A stretch of 62,954 bases of DNA, counting the filler, from Asterionella formosa (taxonomy: Eukaryota): assembly GCA_002256025.1 (NCBI GenBank). It is 12 parts of 12 records of this genome, joined end to end, with 100 filler letters (N's around TTAATTAATTAA, not from the genome) between each part and the next. Parts side by side here need not be neighbours in the genome. Positions count along the whole stretch, not along the records: positions 23,825 to 47,537 come from NKIB01002417.1; 11 more parts are not named here. The stretch is one strand, 5' to 3'. The translations under genes were made by a program, and so were the position numbers. Below are positions 24,581-38,519 of this stretch, piece by piece; within the stretch, counting starts at the first letter, position 1, and each line of letters begins with the position of its first letter. The notes under the pieces are model-generated. The model was not told the origin of the DNA. It saw nothing but the letters and a program-made list of their open reading frames with translations, and made no database searches.

Positions 24581-25200
24581 AGCTACGGATCCATGTATAA
24601 TAAATATATAGTAAGAATACATATGTACTCTAGTAAATTTTGAATTGGCAACTACGTGGTATCAAAAACACGTTTTTGAGCTTTTTCGATTTTCACTAAT
24701 GGCTATCTCGAGCAAAATGTAGATGAATGAGGATCTATTTTTCTTCGAACCACCATCTATTCTAAACATACATACAAAGTAGAATATAACAGTAGAACAA
24801 CGGTAACTTGTGTTCAATTATGGAATGCGCAACGCACCCCAAAAGTTGCAATGGTGGGAAGGAAGAAAATGACGGTATGCTCGTTTTGAGGAAATCACCA
24901 TTAAATATCCGGTGGTACCCTGGTAGTATGGTCAATGCAAGTGCAACTAATGTAGAAGAAAGCATACCAAACGACATTTGAGTGGCCGGCCAGCCAGTGT
25001 AAAACGGCATTTGGCGATATGCATATCTATTCAATGAATAAATATATTTTGAATTGGTTTCGATTAATTTATTTAAAAATGCTAAATATTCAATTACAAA
25101 AAGAGAATTTATGTTCACGTCTATGTAACCAATAGCAAACGCATTTTTTCGACTAAGCCGATCCTCACGTAGAAAGATGGTATGTTGTTGGCTACGTAAT
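24581..25200 (+). repeat. Dispersed AT-rich repeat family, copy B
   Basis: Colinear with 21431-22100. Confidence 0.72.
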
Positions 25201-28200
25201 CCTTCATGTGCGAGCAGTGAAGACGCTAGTGGTGCCGTCGATTCGACGCATTTTTTTTAACCAGAGGTAGTAGTCAATTAGAGGCTATTGGAATGATGAA
25301 CTGGAATACCACTATATTTATAGACCATCTATGTATCATCCCCTATTCTAGTCAGTTTGTAAGAAGGCTGATGGATACACTAGCGTGTGTACTGTGAAAA
25401 TTTTTCTTAATAATTTAGTTTATAAAGCCATATTTGAGGCAGTCCTGTACAGTTTCAACTCCAGATAGCACACTGTCAGCCAAGCTCAAGAGCTTTTCCA
25501 CACATGAATCCATTGGTCATGTAGGCGTGGATTTGCCATGCTCAACACGAAATAGCATAGATAAATGAAATTGTGTGCTCTTATGGTGCCGCTTGGTGTG
25601 TTTACCGATAGCGCTGCTCATTGAGGCTATGTTGATAAATCAAGCAGCAAGGGAGTTGTAAATTTTTTGAGTAAACCAACAGAATAATACCAATATCGTC
25701 AATGTGTTAAAAAAGGTTTTAGGAACAAAATATCATATAAAGTAGGGTCAGGGTTTTTGCCAATACTAGCTAGGTCTACGGGATCTACCTCCTGGCCCCA
25801 GAAATTGCACCTATCCATAGGCCATCCCCATTCAGCGAAGCCATCACTTCCTTGGGATGAGCTATCATTGCCAGCAGAGAGTGTGCTGAAAGGTCAACAG
25901 CGAAGGCGGCGGTTGAGAAATAGTACCTACTTCATGGTATTTGGGATGCATGAAAAGTTGCAGACACAGCCGCATTTGTAACCACCATGCACCGGTCATA
26001 CCAGGTGATGTAGTATTTTGTATCATGAAGCCGCACAGGTTGGTACATATCCCTGTTGAAATGGCACTTCTTCCTAGCGCTCCACCAGTACTGTCCTGTA
26101 ATGAACATCAGTCAATATCTTGCTCGTGCTGCTTGTCCATATTATTCTGCTTTAGTAATAACACTGTCTATTTCCATACAGACACTTTCTCCTCAGAAGA
26201 CATTTAGTCTTTGGACACCTGTTGACATCAACAGCTTAACAGACGCATTCCGACATGATATCCTCCCATTGCATTAATTCAATATAAATATATATTACTT
26301 AGAAATGTTTCTTTAGTGCCAATGAGCAATCACCCTTAAATAGTAGTATGGAGGTAGTACAATACTGGTAGTCGCAGCACTGTTCAACTGAAGCTGCAAC
26401 ATGTTCAGCCGGCGGCTTGACTCGAGCCCGACCTTCGATCACAGCATACAAATCCACAAAGGATTCGTCAGACAATACAGAATTGGAACTGTTGTTTCTG
26501 CTATGAGAGGGCACAGGAGCCACAGTAATTGGTGCTTTGCAGGAAGACTTAGAGCTACTTGTCATTGTACAGTATTGAATAGAACAATGGCCAGAGCGAA
26601 CGAGGATGGCAATTAAGTGAAACAAGTCATGTACAAAAACTGTGTTTTATCTAAGATCGACCTCATCTCACATTTTCTAAAGAAAACGCAAAAGAACGCG
26701 AAGATCGCAAAAGAATGCAAAAGTTCGCAAAAGCAGAATTGAGAAAACCGTCGTATATCCGGATTTTCCGTTCTTTTGCGGTCTTTTAATGGTCTTTTTG
26801 TTCGAACCCTCTCAGTATGATACTACCTAGCATAAGCATTATTGCCGTGTCTTGGAAGCAATGTTCATATTGCCCCTGGGTGTTTAATTCCCACTCAGAG
26901 CTCAAATTCGCTACTTTGCGTACTTTTCAAGAAGCAAGCGAACTTTTCTCAGAAGAACGCGCAACTAGAGTTTCGCATGAAATTTGGAAAATAAACAGCG
27001 AGGGCTGTGCACGATACACATAAGGAATTTTCCTCGTAACGAGGAAGCTCAGAGTTTCCTGTACCTCGCTGATCTGCATTACAATAATATCCCAAAGACG
27101 ACGAATGACTCAAACGCATACCTGTTGGGCGTAGAATCGTGCCCTTTTGCTAAATTACACGGCTAAATAGCTCACAAATGAGCAGCAATAGGAAGATTAG
27201 TCATCATTCGCCCAAAGATTGTGAGGATGAGCAACCCCAGAGAATAAAGGTAAATTTTTAAGTACCCCTTAAGAAGTTGATTGAATCCATGGAGGCTAAG
27301 ACTCTTGAAATTAAATAGAAGCGTATCAATGCCAACTTTACAGACGAGCATCAACATTTGAATGAGATGTTCAAGGATCTAAAGATCTCGTTCACTAGTG
27401 AGAAGAATCCAGATGGTTCGTTTATGATGGATCCATTGCAGTGGTCCCAGCATTCAATCCTAATAGTGACTTCGATAGATCTAAGGGTCATCTGTTGAAC
27501 GTGACCAATGCTGGTCTAGACTCAAGTATGAATATATGGTCACTGGCAAATGAGTCATCAATGACATTATTCCCATTTTGGATCATATCTTGACCTTATG
27601 GAGAGAGGTCCCAGTGATAAGTTACAGCAGTATGCAACCAGATTTGTGAAGTGTTACATCCCTATTCCTCTTGTTGCTACATTCACAGATGTTATTGAGA
27701 AGAAGACACATCACAAGGTCCAGATGGGCAAGGAATTGGTTGATCAGACTCAAGAATTGGAATGATCCTACCTATGCAACTTCGCTACTGACAGTCCAGT
27801 ACCAGTTACTATGTATGGACCTATTTAGAATGGTAATGGTAAGACCATGTCATACAATAAGACCATGACAACAACACAGACTATCTATAATGATACCAAG
27901 CGTCGCAATCCCAGGAGGAGTTGGATTCTTCCATATCAGCCAGTGGCAATGCTTCTAGTCCACCCAATGGAGATACTCAAGATTTACCAGAGGACATAGG
28001 ATTAATATCGAAATTCAAGCAAGCTTGTATCATTCCATGCATTAGGAATCTCTACTGGGACTATCAAGCAGATCAGTTACAAGACAAAGAAAGATCATGT
28101 TGATATTTAGACCAATGGATTAAAGTATGCATTGATATATGGTAATACACTATGAGATACAGTCTCAACATTATGATCTATCTCATGAATTCTCATTAAG

Positions 28201-31200
28201 TTACATACTGTTAGTAGTAGCCCACCCATAAGATCCACTTGAGGTAGGGGCATATTCAGTATATCTACAAACTTGGTCTCATTTCTAAACTTGAATACTA
28301 TGATCATATTGGCAGGTGTCGTAGTAAAATGCAGTGCATCTGAATCATTTTATATGAACAGTGATGATTTGTTGATGACTTCATGGTCGTTGATGAGAGG
28401 TGTGCACATGCCCATGGTGATTTATTCATATGTAGACTGAATACATGATCGTCTAGACATAGATATACCATATGATCCTCTACAATCTCATCATCCCAAC
28501 TGTAATCATATACCCAACAGTACTTGACTCCTCTGAACATATGTGCCAATTCAATATCGGGTTGTCCTAGAACAAACACTACACTGACATTAGTATCAGA
28601 CAACAGTCGCATTATACATCTATTGAGTATTCCTAGTAGTACTATATTCTTTACTATTGATACACCACTCTATTGATGTCTGACTTGCAGGTATGAATCT
28701 TCTTCATTGTGTATGGTGTGTTACAAAAATGGGATTCAGTCTAGTGTTGTCTGCTACTATAGATGCCAGTATATGTTCATTTATGGTAGATCCATCAGGA
28801 CAGGCCACGGCAATGGTTTAATCACATATATATTATCATTGTCAACATAACAACAAAATGCATACTCATTCTCATATGTATCTGACCATAATGAATCATT
28901 TGATACTTTGCTTATAGTCGCTAGAATTTGCATCCCCTTATGGAGGCTCAACTATTGGTAGCGTGCTTCAGTTGCACTGGGGTTCAAAATGCCTAGTTCG
29001 AAAACAGTATGTAGCCTAATCAGGGGCAGAGAGTCAGACTGGCATAGTGAGCTGCGACAGATCATAGACACCAAGTGAAGTTGGCGGGCTTGATATATGG
29101 CTAACCATGTTGTCATGGCAGAGATGGAGTAAGTTAATCTTAAAGACAGTGGAGGGATGCCTAAATTCATCAGAAGGGACAAAAAAATTTGATTCTGGTA
29201 GGTAAGCCTCTGCAACCAGGCAGCTTGGTGCGGATGAGATGAAGTTGTCTTTGTTTTTAGACTAAGAGAGTGTCACTATAAACTGCATCATTGTGGTCAT
29301 TTTTCCAGTTTCATCGCACAAACTTGGAAGGAATTTACGAGTTGACCTAGCCATTGGGAAGAGTTGAAGAAAAATTTTGCTGGAATATCAGAACGCTGGG
29401 GGCAGAGGGGGCTGGGTGATTTTCCACTGCAGTGAAGAATTGCATGCTGAGCTGGACTTTGGTCATTAAAGAGTTTGTGAACATGGCGAACCTATGGCCA
29501 AAGGAAAAATCCTACGCATTCAATTGACACCATGATCTTCTTATTTCCACGGTTTAGCCTCAAGCCGATGTTGACTGTCTCCACCAATCAGGACTTTTAC
29601 AAGTAAAGAAATAACCCAAAATTTTACGAATCACCATCATATGATACCAGTAATATATATATACTCCCAGCACTATACAGGAAACGAAAGTACCTTGAAT
29701 TGGCAAATCTCGGTAGGTTTTCAACCGGTTTCCATCCTACAAATGCAGGCGTACCTTGTATTGGGGGTCACAACATTTTCCAATATAAGGAATTGACCAT
29801 TTGAATTTTTTTAATATCATTCTTTTGATGTTCCGTCACTGTATTGGATGCTTTGATGGCAATGTCTGTTTCAATCGCCACCTAAACTTTGGTCACAACT
29901 ATGCCCTGATTAGTATACAAGCCTCCAGAAACTGGACTCCATCGTACATAAATCAGAAGGAGAAAAGAAATGTGATGAATTGCACATCAGATGTAAATGC
30001 TTGTAGCAAGCAGCATCGAAAATTAGACATGATGATTTTGAAAAACCGACCTGCCATGAAACGGAAACCGAAAGGTAAGAAGCGACCATGACAAGCAGGT
30101 AATAGAATGAAGGGTGAAAAATTGGGTTAGCGGAAGATTCATGTTAATAATTGCCAATGAATGATCAATAAGCAACAATAGTCAAACACCTACACTTCTT
30201 GTTGTCGTCAAAACAAAATCTAGGAAATTTTCAAATTAGGCCTAGAGAAGCAGCAACCGATGAATTAGTCAGTTTGAAGGGACTGGGTGCTGAGGTGATT
30301 TTGGCTTGTGGTTCTTGAAGAGGGGCTGGAGGAGCACCAAGAACTTGATAGTAGAAGTTTGGTGGTGGTGGGAAGGGGGCGACTGGTGGAATTATCTGGT
30401 AGGAGGCAGGAGAAGCCTCGTCAGGATTATTGTAGATCAGCAGAAAAACCCAACTTATTAGCAGCAAAACATTCCACCAAGATTTTATTTAAAATAGTGT
30501 AGGACACGTAGAAGCATGCATACTGCTACAAATTATAGTAAAAATGTCAAGGCTGATCATGCAAACCTGACAAAAATACCGGTTCAGTAACAATGGAAGC
30601 CAAACTTGGACCTACCATAACGTTTTGACTTTTTCTTCTAATGATTGAACAAACTCATTTTTGATGAATCATTATCTTATTCATCAGTATCTATCAAATC
30701 TAGCAGAGCAGGTGACCAAAAATGCTTTACAAATTATGTTAGAAATGAATGGGAGATTGCAGAATTGATATGCAAATCATGTTTTATATGAAGGGTAATT
30801 GCAGTATTTAGTAATCCAGAAACTGAACATTTGGAATATGTTTAACATGAAGGACAATTGGCCACTAAGAAATCAACAAACTGACATGGCAATACAGGGC
30901 ACCGCTCGTTTGATCGATGTGCCCGCCCCTCCCAAAAGCAAGCAGTCTCCACCCTTGGTCTTGTTATACCTGTCCTCCTCTGGTTAAAAATAGTTGCGGT
31001 TAGTATTCTTAAATTTTCTGGGGCAATTTTTGATTCCTAAATTTTCTCTGGCTCAAAAGTCTTATTGTGCGCCTTGCTCGAGACTACAGATCCATGTATA
31101 CAATATTTATATATATAGAAAGATTAAAATTGGCAACTTCATTTTAAAAACTTTTAGGCTTCCAATTTAAACTTTGGCTATCTTGTAGGTGAGATGTAAG

Positions 31201-32138
31201 GTAAAGCAAACGAGGACATATGTGAAGACGAGCACACTCCTATGTAAAAGCTGAGAATAAGCCCTATATCACATCGAAGTCCTGCAAGGAAGCGGTTGTG
31301 ATGCTTGAAGGACTAGGCAAGAAGCAGGAGAGGAGGGTTTTACAATTATGGATTTGGCTCGGTTTAGTTATCTCATTGGTTTATGGATTCAATTCGAAGT
31401 GGCCATGTGAATGCTTCTATGCCGTTCAGGCCGATATTTTCACGATCCCCCCACCCACCCGGTCAGAACAGTGCGAACTACTAGTCTATGTTTGAGTCCT
31501 CCGAGTCATTACCCATCCACTTCTTAACTTAGGCAGCTACCGATACACTTATTACCAACTTATACAAGTATATTATTCGATGTAGTAAGAGTAGTACCAT
31601 TACTAAACGTTACTCCGTACTCGACGAAGTTAATGAGGACTGCTGCGGGACCAGCAGGGAATCTTGATTCTTGAGCAAAATGAAGAGGATGCATGAGGAC
31701 CTATAATTGTTCTTCAAACCATCAATTCTCACCAGAGTATGTACCGGTACATATGATGACCATCAGCCAGCAAGGTACATCACTATAAGTGAGCATTATT
31801 ATATCCGGTATTTTATTTATGCATGAGTGGTGCAACAGTTCACAACTGTGTCCTTCTATTTGTCAACGCAAAAATTAAACTTTTAAAATTAGAGCCTGGG
31901 GAAAGAGTGCAAAATATCTATCCCATGCCGATGGGACCTGGCAAGTAAAAGTGCTTTAGAGAGCTGAACAATTGCCAGGTTCGTCACATGAAGTAATTTC
32001 GAATTCCCACCATTGTTTTGCTGCTGTCACTAATGCATCTCGCTTCCTTTCCCTTGATCTATGTCAAAATCTCAATTATCAATGATCTAATCTCTACTGT
32101 CATGTCCAATATCCAGATGTGGTAATGTAATGGAGGCT

Positions 32139-32200
32139 GGGGAATGGCTTAGTGATTAGCACACCTGATGCGGTGGCAGGTTCGATTCCTGCATTCTCCA
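32139..32200 (+). ncRNA. tRNA-Ala-derived element (pseudo-tRNA or SINE head) with collapsed anticodon/variable region
   Basis: Acceptor stem GGGGAAT/ATTCTCC + A with a G3:U70 pair. A-box-like TGGCTTAGTG. Perfect T arm GCAGG-TTCGATT-CCTGC. Only a CACC-TGATGC-GGTG mini-stem in the middle. T5 tract at 32207-32211. Confidence 0.7.
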
Positions 32201-32709
32201 CCTGTCTTTTTCATGTAGTCCCTAGGGTTCCGGGCTGTGCCGCTGACGAAAAGACAGGTCCCGTTGTACCGTACGGACGAATAAAACCGGTATGTATTGT
32301 GTCCATTTATTTGGGCACGAGTGCGATTATTGGATAGCTTTAACGTACTATAAGATTTGATTGATAATTTAATTTTTTTGGTAATTTTATGTAGGCTGAT
32401 TCATTTAAGAACCAAGCAATGAAGGATGGTTGGCGTTCTTGTCCAAGATGTTATGGTACAAAGTTTATCTCCTCTGTCAAAATCCCAAGGAAGAACATTC
32501 TAAATTCCTGCTGTCATCCAAAAGCAGATGTATGGCAATGAAATGGAAGCAAATTAAATAATATATATACATTCTGCCTAGCTTATTTCACCATTCTGTC
32601 ACAATCGAGGTTAAGATCATAGTTACTTATAAAACTGTCCCATCCAGTTTTCACCGGTTTCATAAAATGTTCAACACATAATGCTACTATGAGTCTTCAT
32701 ATTTACTAC

Positions 32710-33923
32710 TTAAGGAAAATTCACTCGATCATAAGTTGTTAGCCACTTGCTACAATTAAAGTCACATGCTTGCACCCCAAGTCTCATTTTAAAGTCACTG
32801 ATGGTTTGTATTCTGGAAGGTGCCAGAAGGTAGAAACCAATCCCAAAAGCCGGAACACAGCAACAGCAAATAGCAAAGAAATAAGCCACCAAACGTATTG
32901 AAGGACCCAGAATAGCAGTCACATAAAACCCAGGCTTGTAGGTTTTTTTACACTCTCGTTATTGAATTTCATGTATGTATCGATATCTGGTGGGAATACT
33001 TTGATGAACTTTGTTTTAAATGAATCACTTAGTCTCAATAAGAATATCATAGCAGCCACACTTTTTACGATGGACTTAGCATCAGGTTCGAGGAAAATGG
33101 TCCATAGATTGATCAGGTAAACACCAGGCTCATAGACAAAGAATATGAATCGGTCCCAAATTACGGTTTTCATAAGGATTCCACCACTGGAAGTTTTTGT
33201 CAGTAATGAATGGTCAACCTGAACAAATCTCTGCATTCCCAGAATAGCGAGCCTGAACAAATATATGACAGCAACAGTGCAAGCAAGGGTTTGATTGGCG
33301 ACCCAGGCTTCTCCTTTTGGAAAAAATCCCTTGTCGAATCCCTGAGCATAACACAAGTGTTGATAATCGCTCCACTTCATGCAAGCAAGCAGGATTGGAA
33401 TAATGAACTGAGCGGCAAGTATATGAATCAGGGGGATTTTGGAGAGATTACAAGTCCACTGACTTGGGCCAGTTGTTTGATGAAACCAGATTAAGGTCAC
33501 AAGGCCAATATCCCCACTAGTTTCAATGTAATCCTTCCATTTATTGATATATTGAGCAGTGAGAGGAATCCTGACATGAGCAATTGCTGCCCCATTCGAA
33601 ATTGGCAACCCCCATGAATTTGCTGCTAAGTCATATTGATAGAAGTCCCCACCTTGGTTTCTGATGTTTCGTACAATGGCTGTAGCAACTGCTTCTTCTC
33701 GTTTGTCACGTGTGCATGTCTCCCAATTTGGTGGTATCTGGAATGCAGGCACACTGCTTGTGTTAGTCTTCAACGTTTCCAAACCACAATCAATAACAGC
33801 CTTGAATTTTTCACTCCAGATCAAGTAGGATTCAGCGATGGCTGCATTATCATTTAGAACATCTCTCATACAGAAAACAATCATGGGAGGAAGAGGAGGG
33901 AATTTGGTGGCCACCGAAGCCAT
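32710..33923 (-). CDS. Multi-pass membrane protein with N-terminal DUF6824-like region; frameshifted at a 7-nt homopolymer (32943-32949)
   Basis: The 334-aa ORF continues into the 70-aa ORF with one frame change (..SVKK / KTYKPGFYVTAILG..). IVRNIRNQGGDFY..W....A...V resembles the DUF6824 core. Several hydrophobic segments. Confidence 0.6.
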
Positions 33924-34115
33924 TGTTAGTAGTAGTCAAGGGTAAGAAAAGCCTGGCTGGGGGAAAGGAGTAGCTCCTATATTTCTCGGAATCGACGCTG
34001 AAATGAGATGTGCGATTGATTGAAATTTGTGTGCAATTCTTGAACAGTGGGAATGTATTTCATGTGGAGATTTGATTGTCGAAAAGGTGATGTGTGCAAA
34101 TCACGTGATCAAATA

Positions 34116-34900
34116 TATGAAATCCTACGTGAGAAAGAAACAGGACATCATGCCATGTCCAGATAAGGCAATGAATTTGAGATGCTTATTTATTGTCGAA
34201 TAAAATTAAGATGCTTAGTTATTTATTGAATATGACACCAAAGCAAAATGGTACGCTTATTTATTTATTGTCGAACATAAAGGGGATGTGGATTTAGTAT
34301 TTGGTCACGCGTAAAACAAATGAAATCCTACGAGTCGATGTTCGATACCGGTATTTTGATTGATAATATAAACCAGGACATGCAATGTCCTTTTATGTGA
34401 CAGTGGTTATTTATTGTCGAATATAATTGCGATGCTTACTTATTGAATATGACACCAACGCTAAATGGTATGTACCCAGGACCCGTGCAGGTTGTATGTA
34501 AAGACATACCCGGTAGTATTTGGTCATTTGCTATGTACTAGAATAATAAAATGTATGAAATCCTACGCAAGGCGATGTTCGATATTTTGATTGATTATAG
34601 AAACCAGGACATGCAATGTCCTTTTATGTGACAGTGGTTATTTATTGTCGAATATAATTGCGATGCTTACTTATTGAATATGACACCAACGCAAAATGGT
34701 ATTTAACCAGGTACCGTCCAGGTTGTATGTATAGACATACCCGGTAGTATTACTGGTAGGCCAATTGCTATATACCGGTACTAGAATAATAAAATGTATG
34801 AAATCCTACGCAAGGCGATGTTCGATATTTTGATTGATTATAAAACCCAGGACATGCAATGTCCTTTTATGGCGATGTTTACTTATTGAACATGAAACCA
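34116..34900. repeat. Tandem repeat, unit ~200-245 bp, about 3.4 copies
   Basis: TGAAATCCTACG anchor recurs at 34118, 34321, 34556 and 34799. The later units are nearly identical. Confidence 0.92.
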
Positions 34901-35399
34901 AAGCAAAATCATATTACAACTACTACCGCAGGTGGGGAGTACCTGGCATACCTGGTAACCTCATACTGGACCCTGGTACCCAATGTACCTGTATAAACGC
35001 ATATATCGCGAGCTTTGTCGAAGGTGCTGTATATAGTGACTACCAGGTACCGGTACATAGCTACAACGCTACGACTATATAAAAATAAGGCTAGTTGCAA
35101 CCTAAAGATCAATATAGTAGGATACGTTGGCCTTGGTATAGTTTTTCTTTTGCATTTAATAATTAAGAGTAAAAATTGTGACGCACAAAAAAAATTGATG
35201 GAAATTCTTTGATATACTGGTATATATATTGCACTCCGCTCATTTCCCTGAAAAAGGTAGTACCGGTATGTAACATCAATCTGTTGTTGTTCTTGTTCAT
35301 GTTTGTTGATTTTGCTGCTTGTTTCTTGTTTGCTTTGTTTTTCGCTATGTTAGATCATAGATACAGGGTGCCTTGCAGAAAGTTGTATTGAAATCAAGG

Positions 35400-37640
35400 G
35401 CACAGCGGTGAGTTTTGAATCATTTGACAAGCTTCTCAATGCTGATGGGGTCTGCTTCATGGGTTGTTGTATCAACTTTGGCATCCATCCTGTCATCTTG
35501 TCGTTAGCTTGTCAAGATCTTTCCGAATCTTGAAGTATGCACATACGTCTGCAAATGAAAACTATCATATTCCCATGATGCATCATAGGATTGGGAACTT
35601 CTGATCATAATTTTTTGTGAGTATGCATCATAGTAGGATTGGGATCTTCTGATCATAATTTTTTGTGAGTATATCTTCTAATAATTTTGATAAATGCCCT
35701 TGTAATTTAAATAGTAACCCTTTTGACTACTATGTATATTTAATTATTATATGTATTGTTTCTATTAGATTCCTGTATTTTAATTTCTTGGTAGGATATG
35801 CATTGTACCAGCTAAAGTAATGTAATTTGGCTCATCATTTCCATCTGTCATCACTCCGATTTTCGCAACAACAACGAAATACTAGCAATGACAAGTGGAA
35901 TGATTGTTTGCAATAACGTCTTCAATTGTTGGTCAAGTGATCACTATATCTTTGAGTAATCATCATGTGCAGTGAACCTATGTTCATCATCCCTTACTAA
36001 ATCAAGAGTTTACAGGGAAGAAATCATTCGAACTTGTATATATTGTCTTGCTTGCCTTAAAAATTCTTTTTGCTCCTAACACTTTTGCCCCTTGACACCA
36101 TGATGCTCTCTTGCACCACAGACCTGAAGTTCTTGTTCCTCTTCTTCATGGTCAGAGCAACCCAACGGTAGAATCCTTGGCGCAACCCCAAGAATAGCTG
36201 ATCGAATCGATTCCCTCTCATGAAAGTTAACAGTGAGATTTCGGTGTCAGCAAGTACTCCCATTTCCCTTCCTTCCCATGGAATGCAATAGTGTCTTCTC
36301 TTTCTCAAAATCAAGATAGTTTCCCATGCTGAAAGACTTCAAAGAAATTCTTGGCTTTGGGATGAAACCAAATTCTTACTGATTTCCATTTAATGTGTAT
36401 TCCTCCAACCTCGATTTTTTTGTAAATCCATGCTTCCAATCTTTGGAATTTACTCTTATTTGGATATGCATTGCAGCCGTATTTTCGAAATTTGCGGAAT
36501 CATTTGATTTGGATACAATGTGTGCATGTGTTGCCAGTGTGAGTTTTTGGTTTGTTAATCACTTGAAGGTGATAGTGCAACAACATTCCCAGGTCTTGTT
36601 CTCATGTTTTTGGAGTTAATGAGCAATGTATTGGCACTTCTGTTGTGGATTGTCCACTTGCGGGGATGGGTGATGTCGTCTTCTTGGCTTTTTCATTGGT
36701 GCTTGAGATTCAGAATCAATTGGTGGGCAGGGTATCCAGAGCTGGCAACAATTATTTGCTTGAGGATTTAGATTTGGTTGTTGATTGAAGGCATGGTGAA
36801 TTCAAATGAGCACAGTTTCTTGGCTTTAGTGAAGTACAAAATATTTTTGCTTGTTGCTGGATGTTGTTGTTGCTATAGTAGGTATGAATGATTTCAGGGG
36901 GACAAGTCTCAAATGATGAGTTCTTGTCTCACTGGATGTTGTTGCTCAGTCCCAAGTCTTCGAATTGGTACAATGAATCAGTATCTACATATGTTGAACA
37001 TTCACATCCCTTAATTCCCTCCTCCTGCAGCAATACTAATTTAGTAGTTGCTTCTTCTTTCCTCTGCCTCCATCTCTAGTTGTTCTTCTCTAGTTTAGTG
37101 ATTTCCGTTCTTCTCCTACACTATTCATAGTTCTTCTACTGGTGGAATTAAAAGTAGTAAATAGAGCAACTTCTTTATCTAATGTTCGAGGTGAAGTACT
37201 TCTAGCAGGTGATGTCACAGCCCTATGACTATCAAGAAAATTTTGATCATCACAACCCCAACTTCCACTCCTTCTTAGCTGTTTCTTCAATGGGATACAT
37301 TTCTCCTCCCATGCAGATGAATTCATATAAGTAAGGAGCGAAGTAATCGCTATTACTGAATCTTTTGTAACACAGATGTAATCTTTGTCTACTTTTGCTT
37401 TTCGTTCTTTGATACTCATGTTGGAATAGCATGATCACCTTCTTGCCTCTAGAAAACTCGAAGTCATTGGGTTCCAAAAATTGATTTGGAAAAAACTTCT
37501 TTAACTAACTTATCAATCTATTAGTATTGAATTGTATATCATCGGCATAACCGTACTTTTCATGAAGATATTCCCTGAATTGACCAACCGGCAATCAAGC
37601 ATCATGTATGGCAAGGTCACTGATGGCGGCCATAACTGAT
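35400..37640 (-). pseudogene. Heavily decayed coding sequence, probably transposon-derived
   Basis: Chain of short same-strand ORF fragments, CpG-poor, with a ~50-bp tandem duplication at 35575-35672. No diagnostic motif recognised. Confidence 0.35.
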
Positions 37641-38519
37641 ATTGCTATAATTTTTTAAATATCCAGTGAAAAGTGATTCCCCAAAAGCATTTCACTCATG
37701 ACATAACGAACAGTTCTAAAAACCTTTGGGGAATCACTTTTGCGCAAGAAACGACAGAGATATTGAGTAACATGGTGAGCTGATCAAAGCAAACAAAATT
37801 TCGTGATATTTAGTACGCCTAAAGGGATAAAGATAATATTTTGTACCAGATCTACGTGGGCTACTATATATATTATTTTGATGCAACTAGCCATATGGCC
37901 ATGAAATGTCCCGGTGAGAGTTTATTATTTTCGGGTACTTTTGTAGTCACGGCGTGCTTCCAGCTAAGGAGGTTTGCGGCATGGTAAAAGGGAAAGACGT
38001 TGTAACAGGCAGAGGTCTGCACGTTATTCAGGTGACATGCATGTGATATTTTTTTCAGGTCGAAGGAGTCAATTCTACATATGACAATAGTGGGATGAAG
38101 GGAAGGGAGATGTGGTGAATGATCCCCCCCTGGCGATCTACGCGAAAAATAAAGAGTTGATTGATATGGACATACTTGATCTTTGATGATTGTACGTACA
38201 AAACAAACTGTTTTAATGTATGCAACTTTTACCTGCCAACAACCCAGCACTACTGAGTACCAGGTGCCATATAATTCATTGTCGTGAGACCCCCCCCCCA
38301 CCCCACCCCGTCACCCCTGTTAAAATATATGGCTCCAACTCTAGCGCGCTCCAGTACTAGTACCCTGGAATGACCAGTCAAGATCTCTTTTGCCCCGCTT
38401 GTCTGCATATTATTTCGCTATATAAATCCTGTTTATTTCCATTTAGACATTCCTCAGACTACATCTAGTCATCAGACACATGTCGACATGATTAACAGCC
38501 TAACAGACACACTCTGACA

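Noticed and set aside
27170..30600. Many short ORFs in CpG-poor DNA
   Set aside because: Probably decayed transposon coding sequence, but no motif was recognisable enough to name.
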